The notes under the pieces: model-generated
What the model was told of the DNA's origin: nothing
What the model saw: only the letters and a program-made list of their open reading frames with translations
The model's database searches: none
In this document: one piece after another, positions 1 to 12,545 of the stretch
Position numbering within the stretch: the stretch's first letter is position 1
Layout: each line of letters opens with the position of its first letter
NCBI RefSeq assembly: GCF_001194135.2
Contig: NC_068996.1
Span: 2,993,073 to 3,027,212 of the forward strand
Direction: 5' to 3'
DNA length: 34,140 nucleotides
Origin: Octopus bimaculoides
Taxonomy: Eukaryota
Made by a program: the position numbers and the translations under genes

Positions 1-310
1 CACCACACACACACACACACACGTTCATTAAATAACATAAAAAAAGTGTGAAAAGATAAGAAAAATAAACAAGACTTGGATACTACTTGACGTATACGTC
101 TTACAACAGCAACCACTTGGAATACTCGGCCTGGAACTATCGCCACCATAAACAACTTTCAGCAGGAATTTTATTTGTATTTTATTTTTTAAATTTCATT
201 TATTTCTTTATTTCCTTATTTTCTCTAAAAGAAAAAGAAAGCAACTTGTTATGATCCCTGTCGGAATTTAATGACCGGACAAACTTCTCGCGGGTTTGAT
301 AAATAATTAT

Positions 311-346
<36 letters not shown>

Positions 347-1344
347 GTGCTTAGATACCGTCCAATAACAAAAACAACACAACCGGTAGAAGCGTTTCAG
401 ATCATATATATATATATACATATATGTTCGCACGAGCACACACGCACGAACATACACACATACGTAAATATACATACATTTACACCACACCACAACCATT
501 CACACACGCGCTATTACCTTTCCAAATTCCACAACGCGCGCGCGCGCGCACGCACACACACGCATTCAATCACACACACACATGCTTGTACAAATATACA
601 CGTATACGTACATACACATCACGCATGCATAAACTTTGCATTTGAAACCTTGTAAATACACCCTCAGACAGACGCCCACATACCCACCACACACACTACA
701 CACACACACACACACTCACACACACTCTCACACACACTCACACACACACATCCACATCCATATAGACTATTTATTCGTCACTTTTTTTTACTTAATCAAT
801 TTCATCTCAAATGATTGAGATGTGAGCGTACGCGGGGAGTTGTGGCCGCTTACATCGGACGAAACGCACTTCGATAGCAGAAGGATAAACAAAGTGTGAG
901 CGTAACGGAGTCCAAGCGTGGACGCTGGCGCTCAGCTTACTCAATACAACAGAGATCTTTTTTTTAAATCATCACTTCGTCTAACAAGAGAGAAAAAGGG
1001 ATTAAAAAAAAAGAAGAAAAAAAGCGAATTGACGGACACTTAATATTCTCTTATATATTTCCTTTGTAATATGGAGACGGTCATCAATATTGGAATTTGC
1101 CTTTTGTCACAGATGTCTACGTCTATCAAATCTTACTTGGGCGTAAGCAAGCAATCAAGGAAGCAACCAGTCCACAAGCAATTCAGTGATTCAAATACGC
1201 ATCGGAACTGTTGTTGTACTTGAAAAGTTTAGCACCAATACCGATTCCATTGATAAAATGAATAACTTTCCCGATTCACTCGACAAATTTACCAACGGAT
1301 TCACAAACTTTTTTATTTCTTCAATTACCAGTATATAACTTGTT

Positions 1345-1392
<48 letters not shown>

Positions 1393-1753
1393 TATATATA
1401 CACATACATATTTATAAATACAACTACTCCTTCCACTGTCCCTACACGCAAATACACATTCATACGCACACACACACACATACATATAATTCTCAATCAT
1501 TGTAGATATTATATGTAATACTTCGGAAGATTTGTATGTATGTGTAAGAGAGAAATCTAAATATTATAATCGTTCGCATTTCTTTATTAACATTTACATA
1601 TTTTGTTTCACAGTTCGCACTCTCTCTCACACACACACATACACACACACGCACACACACACGCACACACACACACACACGCACACACACAAACTCATAC
1701 ACGCATATATACATAAAGAGATCTTTACTCACACATTCGCAACGGACACGCCC

Positions 1754-1793
<40 letters not shown>

Positions 1794-3176
1794 AATTTGA
1801 TCTAAATATGATTTACCATTATTTTCTTCTATGTGGACATATATTGAATTACAAAACAAGGAAGTAAAGTGAAGAGAAAGAGAGAGAGAGAGTGAGTGAG
1901 TGAGTGAGTGAGAAAGAAAGAGAGTAAATTCCAACAGTATAAAATTCTTTTAAAAAAAGAGAAAGGGGGAGTGAGAGAGCGAGAGAAGACACTTTTCTTG
2001 TAATATCAAACACGCACACAAAAATGTTTTACATATATGTACATAATTAAAAAAAAGACCATCTATAATTAATCAATCGCATTACTGGATTTTATCTTCG
2101 ATTGGAACCAATATTCGCCTGCCAATAGGAATTACTCTAAATACCAAAAGACATTCGGAATTTGTATTACCCGACCTGAAGAGTTGACCGAGTGTATACA
2201 TACATACATATATACATACATATGCATATGCACACACTCACATATATATCGATGTGTGTGCGCGTATGTGTGTGTGTGTGTTTCTCTAGAATTTATACGT
2301 CTTTTGTACGTGTTGTTTTTCTGCACAGCTAGAACTCATGGATCGTTCCATCTTCCACAGTGAGTAGACTTGTCAGTAGTAGTGGTAGTGGTTGCAGCAG
2401 CCATTTACTACGAGTTGTAGTAGTGGTGGTGGTATAGGTGATGGTAATGTTGTTGTTGGTGGTGATGATGACGACGACGATGATGATGATGATGAGGGGA
2501 AAGGAAACTGCACTAATGTTTATGATGGCGGTGGCAGTAGTGTTTGTGGTGTTGGTCACAGCTACGGTTGTAGTTGGTGACAATGGTGGAGAGGATGGTG
2601 ATGATAACGATAATGATAGCAATAATAACAGTAATAATAATAATAATGGTGACACGGAGGATATTGATAAGCTTGGCGGTAGAGCTGGTGGGGGATGGTG
2701 GTGATGGCGGTGGTGGCGGCGGCGGCCGCGATATCAAAACTGATTGAAATTCGTACGAACGATGCTTGTGGTGTTACACGAAATGGTTACTATGGCAAAA
2801 GCAGCAACAACATTAAAAAAGAAGACAAAACAAATACAAAACAAAAACACTACAACATACACCGATGACAATAACAACAACAGCAACAACAGTTACGACA
2901 CAACGATTAAGTCGGAATGAGTGAGAGATTGAGAATGGTTTTACGCACGTGTCTCAGAATTTAAACATGTGGGTGCAGTTAGATAAATTCCTTGTGTGAA
3001 ACGTAAATAGAAACAGGTAAAAACGTTTTAAGTGTAGATTAAGGCATTTTCACTCAGGATTTATACACATAACCTATGAGATATGCCAATCGATCTTACT
3101 TATTAAGCAGGTATAACTGTTTTAAGTATGAAACTATCGCATATTTCAACGTACTTTAATACCTACCTACCTACCG

Positions 3177-3209
<33 letters not shown>

Positions 3210-3417
3210 CACACGCAAACACATTCATGGCGTTTAAAAATGCACATCACGCACCCAAACACACTCACACGTGCACACATATGAACACACACATATACGA
3301 AGATATCTATCTATATCTATCTATCTATCTATCTATTTATGAGTGTTTTTTTTAAGCCGTGTTTTACTATTTTACTAGCCTCATTGACTGGACTTATAAC
3401 CATGCTGGACACCAAAC

Positions 3418-3448
<31 letters not shown>

Positions 3449-3554
3449 TGTATGTATGTATGTATGTATGTATGTATGCATGCATGCATGCATGTATGTA
3501 TGTATGTATGCATATATATATATATAAACATATAGACATATATATATGTATGTT

Positions 3555-3594
<40 letters not shown>

Positions 3595-3892
3595 CATACA
3601 CACATGCGTATCGGTATGTATATATACATATAGATATATGCATATACATACGAACATACATACATGCATACATGCATATATGCATACATACATACATGCA
3701 TGCATACATACATACATACATACATACATACATACATACATACATACATACATACACACATATGTGCCTGACGATTAGCGTATATTCGCTTTTAAAGTAA
3801 TGTTAAATATAAAGAAGTTAATTTAAAAAGAAACGTAATCGTTGAAAACGATGATTATAGTAGTAGTAATAACAGCATTATTATTATTATTA

Positions 3893-3943
<51 letters not shown>

Positions 3944-4342
3944 CTATTATTATTATTATTATAGATTCAATTATTCCCATTTAAGCAATTTCTTTTAATG
4001 TATAACAGAAAATGCTTGTAGCGTTTGATGACAAGTATGATAAAAACAACTGTAAAGTCGACGGTAGCAATGATGATGATGATGATAATAATGATGATGA
4101 GGATGATTTATGATGATGATGATGATGATGTGATTTTAATGATATACATCCGAAGATATTTGATACTTAGTATTGGCAGTGATAATAAAAGACAGAAAAT
4201 GCTAAGCAAAGCAAAATATGTAGATTGTAAAAGTTTAGAACAGTGTTAAATGTAAACAAAGCAAATGAGTTATTTTCTGATACATAGATATAAACATATA
4301 CGTACATATGTATTCATTTATATCTATGTCTATATCAATATT

Positions 4343-4713
4343 GTGGCACTCCGTCGGTTACGACGACCAGGGTTCCAGTTGATCCGATCAACGGAACAGC
4401 CTGCTCGTGAAATTAACGTGCAAGTGGCTGAGCACTCCACAGACACGTGTACCCTTAATGTATTTCTCGGGGAGATTCAGTGTGACACAGAGTATGACAA
4501 GGTTGACCTCTTTGAAATACAGGTACAACAGAAACAGGAAGAAAGAGTGAGAGAAAGAGTACAGCAGGGTTCGCCACCATCCCCTGCCAGAACCTCGTAG
4601 AACTTTGGGTATTTTCGCTCAATAAACACTCACAACGCCCGGTTTGAGAATCGAAACGCCGATCCTACGATCGCGAGTCCGCTGCCCTAACCACTGGGCC
4701 ATTGCGCTTCCAC
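4343..4713 (-). mobile_element. tRNA-derived SINE, family A, full-length copy
   Basis: Minus strand begins GTGGAAGCGCAATGGCCCAGTGGTTAGGGCAGCGG with A-box and B-box-like (GTTTCGATTC) motifs; colinear with the copy at 30535-30898. Confidence 0.85.
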
Positions 4714-4721
4714 ACTGTATT

Positions 4722-4758
<37 letters not shown>

Positions 4759-4781
4759 ATGTACTTGTACATGTATACGCA

Positions 4782-4910
4782 CAGTGCCGGGTTTACCATT
4801 GTGCTTAGGTGTGCTTAAGCACAGCACTCCTGGTCAATGGGTCCCTGTCCAAGTAAGGGCCATCATAGCTTAACTACTAAATGGTCTCATTTGTCCTAAA
4901 TCCGGCGCTG
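4782..4910. mobile_element. 129-bp MITE-like non-autonomous DNA transposon
   Basis: 14-bp TIRs CAGTGCCGGGTTTA / TAAATCCGGCGCTG (12 of 14 complementary); flanks GTATACGCA (4773-4781) and GTATACACA (4911-4919) match 8 of 9. Confidence 0.65.
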
Positions 4911-5132
4911 GTATACACATATACATGTACGCACCACAGACACACACACATATATAGACTTATTACACGCACGCACACACGCACACACACTTTGAGTCAC
5001 CGATATTATTCAAGCATTTATTATACACACGAATATAAATGTACCTGTATGAATGGGAGATAGAGAGAGAGAGAGAGGTAGTACGAGTGTGCATGTGAGC
5101 GCGCGAGCGTGTCTGTGTGTGTAAAATGGGTC

Positions 5133-5415
5133 TCCGTCAGTTTCTATGACGAGTATTTCGGTTTGTCGGTCAACTGAATTGCCTACGTGTAATGTGACGG
5201 TTAACGTTATCCGCAGGCAGAAACGGATAAGTGATGTGTGACTTTCTTTGAATCAGAAGTTCAGATCAATTTACATTTATTTAGTCTTACGCAAAAGGCA
5301 CGAAGTCGGCTCGAGGAAATAATGGTAAATTACACCTGTCCACTCACTAATAACTCGGTGTGAGATTGAACCCACGACATCTGGATTTCGAAGTACAATT
5401 TATCACTTGTAGTGT
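5133..5415 (-). mobile_element. Old diverged SINE related to family A
   Basis: CTCCGTCAGTTTCTATGACGAG...GGTCAACTGAATTGCC aligns loosely to the family A tail CTCCGTCGGTTACGACGAC...GATCAACGGAACAGCC; B-box-like GATTGAACCC near 5364. Boundaries approximate. Confidence 0.45.
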
Positions 5416-5503
5416 ATCTTCATATGCAGTTTCACACGAACACACACACAAATACAGTCATACGCATATGCATGTACGGTCGGAATCAAATATGTATATG
5501 TAT

Positions 5504-5547
<44 letters not shown>

Positions 5548-5806
5548 TTATGTATGGCACACACGTAAACAAGTATGTAAACGTGCACTTGTGTTCGTAC
5601 GAGTATGTATATGTGTCTGTAAGCATATACATTAATATGTATGTAGTATATATATATATATATGTACACACATAGACACGCACAAATGCATACACACATA
5701 TACTTGTGTTTATATATAGATGTATATATATANNNNNNNNNNNNNNNNNNNNNNNNNNNNNNNNNNNNNNNNNNNNNNNNNNNNNNNNNNNNNNNNNNNN
5801 NNNNNN

Positions 5807-5847
<41 letters not shown>

Positions 5848-6335
5848 ATGTATATGTATACATACACATATATGTACATATGTGTAGACACACACATGCA
5901 CACACCTATTCATTGAAAGATATACATATAAAATGTGTAGGTATGTGCATATGTATATGAACGTACATTAACACAAAAAAATATATACTTCTATGCACGC
6001 ACATGTATATAAGCGTATATACATAACAAGATTTGTAATATATACACACAAAGAAAACATACGTTTGCTTGAAAGTATTTGTGCGTGTATTTTATACATC
6101 TATAAACATGTGTATATAGCTTTGTTTGTATGTGTATGTGGTGTGTCACGTATGTACACACACAAACACACATACACACACACACATGCATATATACGTA
6201 TACACATGTACATACGCACATACACACACATATATAATGTACATAGGCACGCGGAAACGTGAACGTGTGTGTACACATGAATGTATGCATGTGTGTGTGT
6301 ATGTACACATATATGCACATATATGTATGTATATA

Positions 6336-6380
<45 letters not shown>

Positions 6381-7390
6381 NNNNNNNNNNNNNNNNNNNN
6401 NNNNNNNNNNNNNNNNNNNNNNNNNNNNNNNNNNNNNNNNNNNNNNNNNNNNNNNNNNNNNNNNNNNNNNNNNNNNNNNNNNNNNNNNNNNNNNNNNNNN
6501 NNNNNNNNNNNNNNNNNNNNNNNNNNNNNNNNNNNNNNNNNNNNNNNNNNNNNNNNNNNNNNNNNNNNNNNNNNNNNNNNNNNNNNNNNNNNNNNNNNNN
6601 NNNNNNNNNNNNNNNNNNNNNNNNNNNNNNNNNNNNNNNNNNNNNNNNNNNNNNNNNNNNNNNNNNNNNNNNNNNNNNNNNNNNNNNNNNNNNNNNNNNN
6701 NNNNNNNNNNNNNNNNNNNNNNNNNNNNNNNNNNNNNNNNNNNNNNNNNNNNNNNNNNNNNNNNNNNNNNNNNNNNNNNNNNNNNNNNNNNNNNNNNNNN
6801 NNNNNNNNNNNNNNNNNNNNNNNNNNNNNNNNNNNNNNNNNNNNNNNNNNNNNNNNNNNNNNNNNNNNNNNNNNNNNNNNNNNNNNNNNNNNNNNNNNNN
6901 NNNNNNNNNNNNNNNNNNNNNNNNNNNNNNNNNNNNNNNNNNNNNNNNNNNNNNNNNNNNNNNNNNNNNNNNNNNNNNNNNNNNNNNNNNNNNNNNNNNN
7001 NNNNNNNNNNNNNNNNNNNNNNNNNNNNNNNNNNNNNNNNNNNNNNNNNNNNNNNNNNNNNNNNNNNNNNNNNNNNNNNNNNNNNNNNNNNNNNNNNNNN
7101 NNNNNNNNNNNNNNNNNNNNNNNNNNNNNNNNNNNNNNNNNNNNNNNNNNNNNNATATATATGTTTAATCTTTGAATTACCTCATTTGTTTTTTTTTTGT
7201 TTTTGTTTTTTTTTGTTATTAGTATTTTATTTTATCTTTGAAGCAAACTGATTCACCCAGTCGCGTTTACAAGTCATCGGTGTAGTTTTTAACTTTGGTA
7301 AGCACCACAGACCACCAACACCACAAACAGTATTAAATACCAACAGCAACGCCAAACACCTAACTCTCCAAACTATACCAATTTACATTC

Positions 7391-7659
7391 ATGCACCAAC
7401 CATTAACAACCATCGCCAATAGCATCATCACCGCCAAGTACCATCATAATCCACAACTCCCATCGTTCCGACCACCGCCGCCGCCGCCGCCACGACTACC
7501 TTCATCCTCCACATACAAGCAAAGCCATCCGTATCCATCACCGTCGCTGGCACCGCCGTTGCAACAACAACAACAACAACAACAAAGCCACCACCTCCAC
7601 CGCCGCCACCACCATCACCACCATCACCACCACCACCACCACCACTACTACTACTACTG

Positions 7660-7698
<39 letters not shown>

Positions 7699-7699
7699 T

Positions 7700-7737
<38 letters not shown>

Positions 7738-7741
7738 TTAG
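7391..7741 (+). CDS. Upstream low-complexity ORF (116 aa; polyP, polyQ, polyH, polyY): uORF or frameshifted FGF N-terminus
   Basis: ATG 7391 to TAG 7739-7741, ending 55 nt before the FGF ATG in a different frame. The first 65 codons read like a real low-complexity protein; the polyTyr tail does not. Confidence 0.3.
7470..7740 (+). repeat. Compound trinucleotide array (CCG)n-(CAA)n-(ACC)n-(ACT)n
   Basis: Seen directly, immediately 5' of the FGF exon. Confidence 0.95.
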
Positions 7742-7796
7742 TACTGCCACAATTGCCGGGAGATTCTTGTTCTTCCTATTCAACTGTCAAGTGGTC

Positions 7797-7995
7797 ATGA
7801 CAGAACTGGCAAGGGGCTTTCCTAGCAGTGCAGTGAGCAGTGAAGGATTCCTGCTATCTGGGAAAAATGCCCAAACACCTCATCGTTGGTCAATCGGCGG
7901 CACTCGAACTCAGATGCTCTACAATAGAAACGCATTCTTTCTTTCAATTCTACCAAATGGGACTATAAGATCCGGCGAAAGATCAAACATTTTCG
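7797..7995 (+). CDS. FGF: Fibroblast growth factor family gene, first core coding exon (partial CDS; subfamily uncertain, spacing resembles FGF9/16/20)
   Basis: Translation MTELARGFPSSAVSSEGFLLSGKNAQTPHRWSIGGTRTQMLYNRNAFFLSILPNGTIRSGERSNIF-G matches the N-terminal strands of the FGF beta-trefoil as recalled from FGF9 ([32 protein letters not shown]). The frame is cut at TTC G|GTGAGT (donor GT 7996-7997), the phase-1 position of the conserved first FGF core intron. The start is uncertain: 7797 is the first in-frame ATG, but the frame is open back to 7407. Confidence 0.75.
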
Positions 7996-8109
7996 GTGAG
8001 TAGTAATCATATTATTACTGTTGTTATCCTAGTGGTTGTTATGGCTATTATTATTACTTGTCGCTATTGTTGTTGTTGTTGTTGTTGTTATCATCATTAT
8101 TATTATTAC

Positions 8110-8187
<78 letters not shown>

Positions 8188-8387
8188 CATTATCATTGAT
8201 ATTTTCTTCAAAATTACTTTTAAAAATATTTTTTTCCATCTTCTCTGATACCTTCATTCCTCCCTCTCCCTCCTGACACCCCACCCTCCACTCACTCCTT
8301 TTATGTTCGTCATCTTTTTCTTCGCTCACCTAAAATACGAGACTCCCTTCTCCTTCACATTTTTTTTCATGTACACACACACACACG

Positions 8388-8435
<48 letters not shown>

Positions 8436-8521
8436 CATACAATTCTTAATTTCTCATTATTATTATCTTTTTTTCCTTCCTTCTTTCTTTCTTTTTTTCT
8501 TTCCTTCTTTCTTACTTCTTT

Positions 8522-8555
<34 letters not shown>

Positions 8556-8879
8556 TTTATTTCTTTCTTTCTTTCCTATCCCTTCTCTCTCCTCCCTCCT
8601 CCTCTCTTCCCTATTCTTTCTCTGCTCTTTTCTCGCTGCTTTATCACTTCACTTTTTTCCTATCGCGCATTCCTTCCTCACACTGTCCCTCATACACAAG
8701 CGCAAACGCACATTTCCTCTCTATCTCTCCCACTCTTTCTCCCACCCTTCCCCTTCCTACCCCTCGATCCTATCAATTATTTTTTTCTTTTCAGTTTCTT
8801 TCATTCTTTTTCTAACTGAATTTCACTTTCTCTATCATTACCCCCCCCCCNNNNNNNNNNAACATTCTCATACATACAA

Positions 8880-8913
<34 letters not shown>

Positions 8914-9056
8914 TCAAGCATAGTCAATTACACACGCAAACTCATTTCTTGCTTAGTTTATTCTGTATAACGATTTCTCGTCGCTCCACTCGCATCAAAG
9001 TTTATCGTTTAAGTTAAACCGAGCAAAAGATATTAGTTTAATAGCTACATATATTT

Positions 9057-9332
<276 letters not shown>

Positions 9333-9926
9333 TTATCTAATGATGATGATGATAATAATAATAACAACAACAACAACAACAACAATGATAATAAGAACAA
9401 TTCTGGTGATAATTACCATTACAGCGTGATTATTTTCTTATTAAGAACCGTTGCTTTTATTACTGTTTGCTTTCTTGTTATTGTCGTTGTTCTTAGCAAT
9501 AATGTTGATGTTCTTATCGTTGCAATTTCTATTCTAGCTTGTCACTTCACACCATGTCTTGCTTTAACCACATTAGCCAAAACGATTGTTTTCTTTTAGC
9601 TCTGAATACTTCTCCTGTACAAACACAAACACACAGACAAAAAAAAAAAACCCAAAAAATATGTGAATGAGCTTGTCTCTCTACGTGTGTGTACATATAC
9701 GTACACACACTCACATATACATGTATACGTATACATACATACCTACATACATACATACATACATACACACATATATACATATACATATACATACATACAC
9801 AGACATAGAGAGAGACACACGCGCTTATACATATATGCATATGCGTACATACATAATACACACTCATGCGCACGTACACACACACTCACGTATATTATAT
9901 ATAGCTATTTCGTATGTGTGTGTGTA

Positions 9927-9984
<58 letters not shown>

Positions 9985-10110
9985 TGCGGTGAGTGCGTGT
10001 CTTTACATGATAAAGCATCGCTTCATATCATCGGTTGCTAAAGCATAGCTTACCATTTCATGTGTGCGTATTTCGCAGGGGTAGTTATGAGCTCGCACGT
10101 ACATGTGGAA

Positions 10111-10149
<39 letters not shown>

Positions 10150-10191
10150 GGGGAAGAAGGAAAGAGAGTGCGAGAAGCTAGAAAGAGCTAG

Positions 10192-10255
<64 letters not shown>

Positions 10256-10410
10256 GGAAAATGTGTGCACGCATTTATTTATATTCACTTGAATCATTAT
10301 TACTAAAAATTTGTTTGTAGCTATTTCATTCCTTTTATAAATCGCACTCACTCAGACATGGCGCGCGTAAGCGCAGACAGACACATGTTTATACGTTTAC
10401 ACACACGCAT

Positions 10411-10575
10411 TAGTAAATTGACAAAATCGTTGCGGCTTTGCATTAAATGCTTTGCGATATTTGTTCCATCACTTAATGCTCTGTGTTTAAATCCCATCAA
10501 AGTCACCTGTGCGTTTCAACCTTCGGGAATCGATAATCTAAAATTCTAGTTAAGTACTGGGACGAAATAATCCAC
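10411..10575 (+). mobile_element. Decayed copy of SINE family B
   Basis: AAAATCGTTG...AAATGCTTTGCGATATTT...GTCACCTGTGCGTTTCAACCTTCGGGAATCGATAA...GTACTGGG aligns with the reverse complement of 20287-20491. Confidence 0.55.
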
Positions 10576-10798
10576 AGTTGAACACTGCTAACATGCAATT
10601 TACTAATGAGAAGAGATCATGGAATTCGAAATCCATGTCAACCGAGGGCTGAGTCGACTAGTGTACGTTGCGGTAAAAATAATATTATATATAACACCCT
10701 ACATTGCTATAAACACAAAACACACACAACACGCTAACACAGATACAATCGTTCCCTCACATATATACTTTTCCTCTATAGTAGACCCCATTAAACCA

Positions 10799-10836
<38 letters not shown>

Positions 10837-11017
10837 GCATACATACACACACCATACACGCACACACAACGCACATACGCGCGCACACACATACGTACAC
10901 ACAAATAGTAACATGGACAAAAGCAGTACAGTGTTTTAATATATTTTTTCGTGTTTAGAGGATGTAAAACTGTGCTGAGCCGCTTTAAATTAACCCCTGC
11001 CAGCTTTTTTTTCTTTT

Positions 11018-11057
11018 CTGAAGAAGTACTTTGTCCGAAACGTGGTGTTTTCCAGTC
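11018..11057 (+). ncRNA. Hammerhead-ribozyme-like core, incomplete (no stem I)
   Basis: CUGAAGA-A-GUAC(UUU)GUCC-GAAAC-GUGG(UGUUUU)CCA-GUC: core boxes in the correct order with partial stems II and III. Confidence 0.35.
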
Positions 11058-11177
11058 CCCACAGCAAGTTAAGTTTACTGCGGTCTTTTTGTCGATTTTA
11101 GCCATAACACAAGAATCACCGGAACTTAACTTGCTGTGGGGAGTGGAAAACTCCACGTTTCGGACAAAGTACTTCTT
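11021..11177. repeat. Inverted repeat hairpin, two 55-bp arms
   Basis: 11021-11075 is the reverse complement of 11123-11177 with 2 mismatches; 47-nt spacer. Confidence 0.95.
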
Positions 11178-11338
11178 ATGCACATATATATGTGTATAAT
11201 ATGTGTATGTGTGTATGTATGTATGTATGTATGTATACATACATATATACGTGTGTGTGTATGTATGTGTGTATGTATGCATGTATATATATTGTTGACA
11301 ATACAAAAATTGTGTTTATATATATACACATATATATG

Positions 11339-11407
<69 letters not shown>

Positions 11408-11625
11408 ATGTATGTATGTATGCATACCTGTATGTGTGCGAGAGTGTGATCCATCGTCAGTTTCGACGTTGTTTATACTAATCATGCATTTTCTACAAAC
11501 TCGTTAAAACTTGACATAATGCTTAACATTGCACAGTGTGACAAAGCTGGACTTTTGAATTAGAGACGTTGCGCCTGTATCAGGCTTCTAAACAGTTCTC
11601 GCGTGCCCTGTTTCACTCAAGTTGA

Positions 11626-11643
11626 GGGTTAGGGTTAGGGTTA
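11626..11643 (+). repeat. Short interstitial telomere-type repeat (GGGTTA)3
   Basis: GGGTTAGGGTTAGGGTTA seen directly. Confidence 0.8.
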
Positions 11644-11721
11644 CTTGGACAAGTTACAAAGCAGTGGGGGATTTCATAAATGCGAAGCTTAACTTTTGAA
11701 GCCTGCTGTTATGCGCGCGCG

Positions 11722-11756
<35 letters not shown>

Positions 11757-12545
11757 ATATGTATATACACACGCATACATGTATACATACACACAGACAC
11801 TACCGTACTCATAGTTAATTATATAACCTGATTTAACATTTCTTCATCTATGTCTATCAATGAATCATTTTAATTAGAGGTTCAACCACTAATGAAATCG
11901 ATTTCGCTTTCTTTCTCTCTGTCTGCCTGACTGTCAGATTGTCTGTCTAGCTGGCTACCTAAGTACTTGTCTATTTATTCATGTATAAAATTTGTCAATA
12001 ACCAGGTTGCAGTTTCGAGTGACGAAAGTTTTGACACCATATAACATGCAATAAATGTTTAAAGGAAATTAACAGTACTTGTGTATTTCCAAATGGCTCA
12101 ATTGTGTTTTCCACGCTGCAATCGTTTTAGTTTCAACGCATGATCTCAGATCAAATCTCTCGCCATTATTACTGTATTATTCACAACACAGTGTAAATCA
12201 GAAGTACTTAAATAAATTATAACATTATAACGCTCCACTGTGTGTGAGAATATATGTGCGTTCTTTCTACGTTGTTGATTTGTGGAAGAAAGAGGGAGGC
12301 TCCTCAGAGCAAACATCCCTTCTTCCTTCCCCTATCAATAACATAGATCATGCGTAATAAATTAGACTACGACATTAATGGATATCCTAATTTACATATA
12401 CTCTTGACGTCTCGTCATGAATTAAGTAATTTTTAGTTAATGCACAAATGAGGAGAGCTGAATTGATTTAATATTATAAATCCCTTTGTAGGTTGAATAA
12501 GAATATAGATATATTCCTTCTATGTGCAGAAATAAGTGGGAGGGA

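Noticed and set aside
855-870. GGACGAAACGC, resembling the 3' half of a hammerhead core
   Set aside because: No CUGANGA upstream and no stems.
1191-1345. Non-repetitive minus-strand frame IEEIKKFVNPLVNLSSESGK...
   Set aside because: No recognisable family, no convincing splice sites, and the opposite strand is also open.
4265-4600. Two similar ORFs (also 30445-30705) sharing LRRLRR.GFQLIRSTEQPAREINVQVAEHS
   Set aside because: Antisense reading of two copies of SINE family A, not a protein family.
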